Positions 24,069 to 30,688 of a stretch of 30,688 nucleotides of DNA are shown one piece after another. The notes below the pieces were generated by a model. That model saw only the letters and a program-made list of their open reading frames with translations, had not been told where the DNA came from and did not search any database. The position numbers were made by a program, and so were the translations under genes. This DNA is from Patellaria atrata CBS 101060. Its lineage: Eukaryota. Location of the stretch: assembly GCA_010093705.1 (NCBI GenBank), contig MU006122.1, positions 67,331 to 98,018 of the forward strand, given 5' to 3'. Position 1 is the first letter of the stretch; each line of letters begins with the position of its first letter.

Positions 24069-24358
24069 GAAGAATGGAAGGGGATAAAGGCTTACTAGAT
24101 TATATCGCTTTCTTATATATACTAAAGTTAAAGTTAACTTTATTTAAGAATAAATAGCCCTTTTTTTTTTCTTTTTTTTTCTTTTAATTCTATTAATTAT
24201 ATTATCTATAATATTATATATATATAACTTTTAAAGTATAATATAATTTTTTATTATAATAAGTATTTTCTAATATAAATATTATAATTATAAATTATAA
24301 AAAGTATATAATTATTAAATAAAGAGATAAAAAAATTATATAATATAATTATAAAAAA

Positions 24359-24401
24359 TATAATAATATATTATAATATTAATTCTATATTTTCTATATT
24401 A
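24359..24401 (+). repeat. Truncated 5' 43 bp of LTR-A (RIP-mutated)
   Basis: tataataatatattataatattaattctatattttctatatta is repeated immediately at 24402 and corresponds to tatgacgatgtgtcacgatgctgatcccgtatttcctatgctg at 26832. Confidence 0.8.
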
Positions 24402-25092
24402 TATAATAATATATTATAATATTAATTCTATATTTTCTATATTAAATATTTAATTTATTTATAAAAGATCTTTATTAAATTAAATATAAAAAAGATCTTT
24501 AAATATTAATTAATTAAATAGAAAATAATTAAATTAAAGTTTAATAAAATAAAATTATTATATATAAATATTTAATTTATAATATTATTATTTTTTAATT
24601 TAATCTCTATATTTAATAATTAGTAATAAAGATAATTAAAATATAATTATTATAATTATATTATATTATTATATTAAATTAAATTCTTCTTTAATAGTCT
24701 TTAAAAAAATAATATAATATTTTAATTAAAGTATAATATTAGTTTAATCGATAAATAATTATCGAATTAATTAGAAATTTATAAATAATTAAGCTTTATT
24801 AATAATAAAATATCTAATATTTAAAAGTATTAATATTAATAATAATAATAATCTAATATTTAAAAGAGATTAAAATTAATAAATATAAATTATTTAAAAA
24901 AGTAAATATTATAATAAATTAAATAATATAATTAAATATTTAATAATTTTAATAAAATAAATAGATAATAAATTAACTATAAATTTAAAAGTAAAAAATA
25001 ATATTAAATTAAAAGAAAAAGAAAAAATATATTAATATAAATTAATATTAGAAATAATTAACTAATAAATTATCGATAATATTTTAGAAATA
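24402..25092 (+). mobile_element. Heavily RIP-mutated element A copy 1: LTR 24402-24673 plus about 419 bp of leader/internal sequence
   Basis: 272-bp colinear match to the 26832-27103 LTR, including both AGATCT sites. Repeats at a 691-bp offset as copy 2. Confidence 0.88.
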
Positions 25093-25745
25093 TATAATAA
25101 TATATTATAATATAAATTCTATATTTTCTATATTAAATATTTAGTTTATTTATAAAAAATCTTTATTAAATTAAATATAAAAAAGATCTTTAAATATTAA
25201 TTAATTAAATAAAAAATAATTAAATTAAGACTTAATAAAATAGAACTATTATATATAAATATTTAATTTATAATATTATTATTTTTTAATTTAATTTTTA
25301 TACTTAATAGTTAATAATAAAGATAGTTAAAATATAATTATTATAATTATATTATATTATTATATTAGATTAAATTTATTTTTAATAGTTTTTAAAAAGA
25401 TAATATAATATTTTAATTAAAGTATAATATTAGTTTAATTAATAAACGATTATTAGATTAATTAAAAATTTATAAATAATTAAGTTTTATTAATAATAAA
25501 ATATTTAATATTTAAAAGTATTAATATTAATAATAATAATAATTTAATATTTAAAAAAGATTAAAACTAATAAATATAAATTATTTAAAAAAGTAAATAT
25601 TATAATAAATTAAATAAAATAATTAAATCTTTAATAATCTTAATAAAGTAAATAAATAATAAATTAATTATAAATTTAAAAGTAAAGAGTAATATTAAAT
25701 TAAAAGAAAAAGAAAAAATATATTAATATAAATTAATATTAAAAG
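25093..25745 (+). mobile_element. Heavily RIP-mutated element A copy 2: LTR 25093-25364 plus leader, truncated at 25745
   Basis: Near-identical to 24402-25054, differing mostly by transitions. Similarity ends where TGTAATA begins at 25746. Confidence 0.88.
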
Positions 25746-26831
25746 TGTAATAACTATTATCTATTAATCTTTCTACTTTCCTATATTTAGCGGGTTTACT
25801 TATATTTAACTTAATTATATTATTAGAAAATTCTATTAGCTAATAAGGTTACTTAAGCTTATAATTATTATTTATAACTTTCTTTTTTCTTTAATTTAAT
25901 CTCTTTACTCGGTAGTAGTTATATATAGCTAATATTAATAGATTAGCTCTTAGTATTATAAATATTATATTAAATTAAGTTCTATATAATTATAGTCTCT
26001 AGAAAGGCGATATAATATTCTAATTAAAATATAATATTAATCTAGTTAATAACTAATTATAGATAATTAAAACACCGATAGATAGTCAGCTTTATTAATA
26101 TAAAGAGAGAATAAGTATTAAGATTTATTAAAAAGTAAAGACTTATTATAATCACTTATAGAGAGTATTTATAGAGTAAAAGAGAGTAAAAGTTAAAAAT
26201 AGCTAGACTTAATAATATTAAAGAATTAGAAAATAGAATAATCTATAATAACTCCTTAATAATAATACTAGAATAGTAATAAAGCGATAAAAGAAAGTAA
26301 AGAAGCTTTAAATATTTAAGATAAAACTTAATAATATTATTAATAAGAATTATTACTAAGGAATTTATAGTAGATAATTTTTAATAAATATAGAATAATT
26401 TTAAGGATAATTTCGAAAGTAAAGTATAATATATAAAGACGACTATTAGCCTAGAAAAAATCCTTTATAATATAGAAGATATAATAGAATAGATAGAGAA
26501 GGAACTATCCGCGATCGTAATAAAGTATATTAAGATGATATTATCTATAATAGTATAATACCTTTAGATTAAGAAGATTACTAACTTATATAATAAAATA
26601 TAAGAGGATTTATAGTTAAAAATAGACGTTCTTAAAAAGAATAAAGTAGTTATTATAAACCTTTAAAATAAAGTTAAAATACTATAAGAATAACTATAAT
26701 AAACTAAAGGATAATATTCTATCTACTTTATATAGTTCGAATTCGGAACTTCTAAGGCTAGCCGTAAGAGGTTAAAGAAGTTCCCTAATCTATCTATTTT
26801 AACTAATAGTAAAGATTCTACTTATAAAGTC
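25746..26831 (+). mobile_element. RIP-mutated gypsy-type element B: candidate LTR 25746-25969 and gag relic, truncated by element A
   Basis: TGTAATA...TATTATA ends, followed by ttaaattaagttct, similar to the motif that follows LTR-A. 26775-26831 reads KKFPNLSILTNSKDSTYKV, which reverses by RIP-type changes to KKFPDPPILTDGKDPTYEV, a motif I recognise from fungal gypsy Gag. Confidence 0.65.
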
Positions 26832-27103
26832 TATGACGATGTGTCACGATGCTGATCCCGTATTTCCTATGCTGAGTGTTTGGTTTATTTGCAAGAGATC
26901 TTTGCCGGGTCGGACGCGGAAAAGATCTCTAAGCGCTGATTGGTTAAACGGAAGATAGTCGGGCCGAGGCTTAGCAAGGCGGGACTGTTATATGCGGATA
27001 TTCGGCCCACGATATTATTGTTCCTTAACTTAATCTCCACACTTAGTAGTTAGTAATAGAGATAGTCAAAATACGATTACTATAGCTATACTACATTGTC
27101 ACA
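26832..27103 (+). repeat. 5' LTR of the younger element A (272 bp)
   Basis: Ends T(A/g)TGACGATGT...ACATTGTCACA form an imperfect terminal inverted repeat (TG..CA). GC content jumps sharply at 26832, and gag-pol follows downstream on +. Confidence 0.85.
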
Positions 27104-27968
27104 NNNNNNNNNNNNNNNNNNNNNNNNNNNNNNNNNNNNNNNNNNNNNNNNNNNNNNNNNNNNNNNNNNNNNNNNNNNNNNNNNNNNNNNNNNNNNNNNN
27201 NNNNNNNNNNNNNNNNNNNNNNNNNNNNNNNNNNNNNNNNNNNNNNNNNNNNNNNNNNNNNNNNNNNNNNNNNNNNNNNNNNNNNNNNNNNNNNNNNNNN
27301 NNNNNNNNNNNNNNNNNNNNNNNNNNNNNNNNNNNNNNNNNNNNNNNNNNNNNNNNNNNNNNNNNNNNNNNNNNNNNNNNNNNNNNNNNNNNNNNNNNNN
27401 NNNNNNNNNNNNNNNNNNNNNNNNNNNNNNNNNNNNNNNNNNNNNNNNNNNNNNNNNNNNNNNNNNNNNNNNNNNNNNNNNNNNNNNNNNNNNNNNNNNN
27501 NNNNNNNNNNNNNNNNNNNNNNNNNNNNNNNNNNNNNNNNNNNNNNNNNNNNNNNNNNNNNNNNNNNNNNNNNNNNNNNNNNNNNNNNNNNNNNNNNNNN
27601 NNNNNNNNNNNNNNNNNNNNNNNNNNNNNNNNNNNNNNNNNNNNNNNNNNNNNNNNNNNNNNNNNNNNNNNNNNNNNNNNNNNNNNNNNNNNNNNNNNNN
27701 NNNNNNNNNNNNNNNNNNNNNNNNNNNNNNNNNNNNNNNNNNNNNNNNNNNNNNNNNNNNNNNNNNNNNNNNNNNNNNNNNNNNNNNNNNNNNNNNNNNN
27801 NNNNNNNNNNNNNNNNNNNNNNNNNNNNNNNNNNNNNNNNNNNNNNNNNNNNNNNNNNNNNNNNNNNNNNNNNNNNNNNNNNNNNNNNNNNNNNNNNNNN
27901 NNNNNNNNNNNNNNNNNNNNNNNNNNNNNNNNNNNNNNNNNNNNNNNNNNNNNNNNNNNNNNNNNNNN
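27104..27968. other. Assembly gap (N run)
   Basis: Ns. Expected to hide the PBS/leader and the gag start. Confidence 1.
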
Positions 27969-28672
27969 CCTATATCAAGACACGGATTAGTGGCGAGGCA
28001 GCTGAACACATGTACCCTTTCTTAGAATCGGAGGAGGACGACGTAACCTCAATAAGGCTAATGAGATTCCTAGACCAGATCTATAAGGACCCAAACAGGC
28101 GACTAAAAGCTAGAGACGAACTAAAGGAGTTGAGGTAAGGCTACCTAGCGGACTTTCCGAAGTTCCAGTCTACGTTCATCCGGCTGGCTAATGAAGCCAG
28201 GTTATCACGCGACTAGTGGAAAGAGGAACTCCACGATAGACTCTACGACAGTCTAAGGCTAACAATGGCGGAAGCCGTGGGTAACGACGAAATTAGCTTC
28301 CAGAAGTACTGCAGTAAAGCCACGACGTAGGCACGAGAGCTAGAAAGGTTAGGCAAAGCTAGTAAGGCCCGTAGAGAGAGTTAGAAGCGTGGTAAACCGA
28401 CTAGAACAACTTCCACCTTAATAACGACGAATAGAACTTTATACCGATTAGGGAGCGGAGGAACCACCTCACCTATAACACCACAAGTGACGGAGTAGAC
28501 CATAACTGTTCGGAAGTTTACGGGTAACTGCTTCAACTGCGGCAAGGCCGGACATAGAGCGTTAGAATGCCGGGGACCAAAGAAGACAACCGAAGTAAAG
28601 TCGGTCCAGAAAGACGAGCATCAGAGCTCAAAGTCAGATTTAGGGTTAGATTCGGAAAACGAGAAACCCTGA
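27969..28672 (+). pseudogene. gag: Ty3/gypsy gag, RIP-inactivated, with a CCHC zinc knuckle
   Basis: YKDPNRRLKARDELKELR*GYLADFPKFQSTFIRLANEARLSRD*WKEELHDRL and CFNCGKAGHRALEC at 28529-28570. Stops TAA 28136 and TAG 28214 fit CAA/CAG>TAA/TAG. Confidence 0.9.
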
Positions 28673-30688
28673 GTAGAGACTCCGCATCAGGGCTAATAGT
28701 AGGAGCATTAGCAACACCGATCAGCGATCCGGTATTAGAAAAGCCATTCACGATACCGTGCCGAATCTCGAAGAACGGAATCGCAATACAGCTTAGGGCC
28801 CTAATCGACACTGGAGCTTAAGGGTATACCCTACTGAATAAGAGATGGCTACCCGCTCTAAAACAACGCCTCGGAATCGAAGTTAGAAAGATGGACCAGG
28901 AGATCGAAGTTAATGCCTTCAATAATTCGAAGGTAGCACCAATTAACCAAGTACTCGAGGCGAGCCTCGTGATTGGAGGACGAAGGTGGCCAACACCGAT
29001 CATAGTGACGGATACGGGCCACAATAACATACTTATAGGCAAGGAGTGGTTCTCCAAGACTAGTGGCCTACCTGATTGCAGGCACCATCGGATTGTTTGG
29101 CCGGAATGGGCTACTGCAGTTGAAGATCAGCAACGAGACATCGTGATTCCGAAGAGCGAGCTGCGAACCCAAACTGACCCACAGCACCAATTCGACATGG
29201 AACGACGAGACAAAGCCATCGATGAACGAGAACGCAACCGACAGAAAGCATTAGTTAACCAGAGGAGGAAACCGCAACTATTCCAATGGAAGCAACCGAG
29301 TTCATGGGCTAAGAACGTCGGCTCCGATCTCCGAAAGATGAAATCAGAACTATCGGACCTAACGGAGAGGGAGACGCCGGAACTCTCTGAAAAGCCGAAG
29401 CCGAAGCCGAGTAAGCGGGTCAATGTTGCCGGGATCTGTATGAATATCTGCTTGGTTAGCGGAGAAAACTACCTAAGGAACGCAAAGCGTAAAGACGTCG
29501 TNNNNNNNNNNNNNNNNNNNNNNNNNNNNNNNNNNNNNNNNNNNNNNNNNNNNNNNNNNNNNNNNNNNNNNNNNNNNNNNNNNNNNNNNNNNNNNNNNNN
29601 NNNNNNNNNNNNNNNNNNNNNNNNNNNNNNNNNNNNNNNNNNNNNNNNNNNNNNNNNNNNNNNNNNNNNNNNNNNNNNNNNNNNNNNNNNNNNNNNNNNN
29701 NNNNNNNNNNNNNNNNNNNNNNNNNNNNNNNNNNNNNNNNNNNNNNNNNNNNNNNNNNNNNNNNNNNNNNNNNNNNNNNNNNNNNNNNNNNNNNNNNNNN
29801 NNNNNNNNNNNNNNNNNNNNNNNNNNNNNNNNNNNNNNNNNNNNNNNNNNNNNNNNNNNNNNNNNNNNNNNNNNNNNNNNNNNNNNNNNNNNNNNNNNNN
29901 NNNNNNNNNNNNNNNNNNNNNNNNNNNNNNNNNNNNNNNNNNNNNNNNNNNNNNNNNNNNNNNNNNNNNNNNNNNNNNNNNNNNNNNNNNNNNNNNNNNN
30001 NNNNNNNNNNNNNNNNNNNNNNNNNNNNNNNNNNNNNNNNNNNNNNNNNNNNNNNNNNNNNNNNNNNNNNNNNNNNNNNNNNNNNNNNNNNNNNNNNNNN
30101 NNNNNNNNNNNNNNNNNNNNNNNNNNNNNNNNNNNNNNNNNNNNNNNNNNNNNNNNNNNNNNNNNNNNNNNNNNNNNNNNNNNNNNNNNNNNNNNNNNNN
30201 NNNNNNNNNNNNNNNNNNNNNNNNNNNNNNNNNNNNNNNNNNNNNNNNNNNNNNNNNNNNNNNNNNNNNNNNNNTCGTTTAACGGATTCTGCAACTTCTA
30301 CCGGAAGTTCCTAGAGAAATTCGGACGAGTCATACGACCATTGACGATACGGACACGAAAAGGGGTTTGGAAACCACTTGGGCAGAAAGAAGAAGAGGCA
30401 TTTAAGAAAGCAAAAGAGCTAATTCTATCAGATCAAGTGCTGGCGCACTACGACCCTCTACTCGAGACGAAAGTCGAGTCCGACTATAGTGACGGGGTTG
30501 CCGTAGTAGTTATGTCGCAGCTCCACGGACACGTCTGGAAGCCAGTTACCTTCTAGACCAAGACGTTATCGGAGACAGAACTAAGGTACGAAATCCACGA
30601 TAAGGAAATGCTAGCCGTGGTGAGAGCACTAGCCGAGTGGAGAAGCATGCTAGTAGGGCTACAGCAAGTTCCCTTCACCGTGATCACT
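28654..30688 (+). pseudogene. pol: Ty3/gypsy pol: aspartic protease, RT (in gap), RT thumb/RNase H; runs off the window end
   Basis: ALIDTGA protease site followed by TAA (28819-28821), ILIGKEWF. After the gap: FNGFCNFYRKF...VLAHYDPLLETKVESDYSDG...PVTF*TKTLSETELRYEIHDKEMLAVVRALAEWR. Domain order PR-RT-RH indicates the gypsy group. Confidence 0.93.
29502..30274. other. Assembly gap (N run) covering the RT core
   Basis: Ns between the protease linker and the RT thumb. Confidence 1.

Larger units (their letters stand above)
24100..26831. other. AT-rich, RIP-degenerated transposon block
   Basis: Abrupt near-loss of C and G with heavy TpA enrichment. Parts align with the LTR at 26832-27103 through C>T and G>A changes. 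Confidence 0.92.

Noticed and set aside
24359..25745. CRISPR array, satellite or organellar insertion
   Set aside because: Eukaryotic context, no repeat-spacer pattern, and the sequence is explained as RIP-mutated LTR-A copies.
27086..28025. ORFs of about 300 aa in the ORF track
   Set aside because: Artefacts of translating the N gap.
29502..30274. Internal deletion of RT, since the gap looks short for linker plus RT core
   Set aside because: Scaffold gap lengths are estimates, so nothing can be concluded.

Overview
Eukaryotic DNA from a filamentous ascomycete, inferred from short GT-AG introns with CTAAC/CTGAC branch sites and from RIP-type mutation. Positions 1-24.1 kb are ordinary gene-dense sequence: SNX3, a small membrane protein, a pyridoxamine-phosphate-oxidase-like protein, an RGD1-like F-BAR/RhoGAP, a possible orphan gene, a SPOUT methyltransferase, a DHA1-type MFS transporter, SCO1, an OPT-family transporter and a 767-aa PY-motif-rich protein of unknown function. 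From about 24.1 kb the sequence switches abruptly to an AT-rich block. Read against the lightly mutated LTR at 26832-27103, this block resolves into a same-orientation stack of Ty3/gypsy retrotransposon 5' ends: a partial LTR-A, two heavily RIP-mutated LTR-A + leader copies, a second family (LTR-B + gag relic), and a younger element A with gag, protease and RNase H interrupted by two assembly gaps. I found no clearly new biological system. The best leads are the nested LTR stack (a RIP time series), a candidate self-priming PBS, a -1 frameshift hairpin, an enriched non-coding TACTGTA motif and the putative Rsp5-adaptor-like protein.
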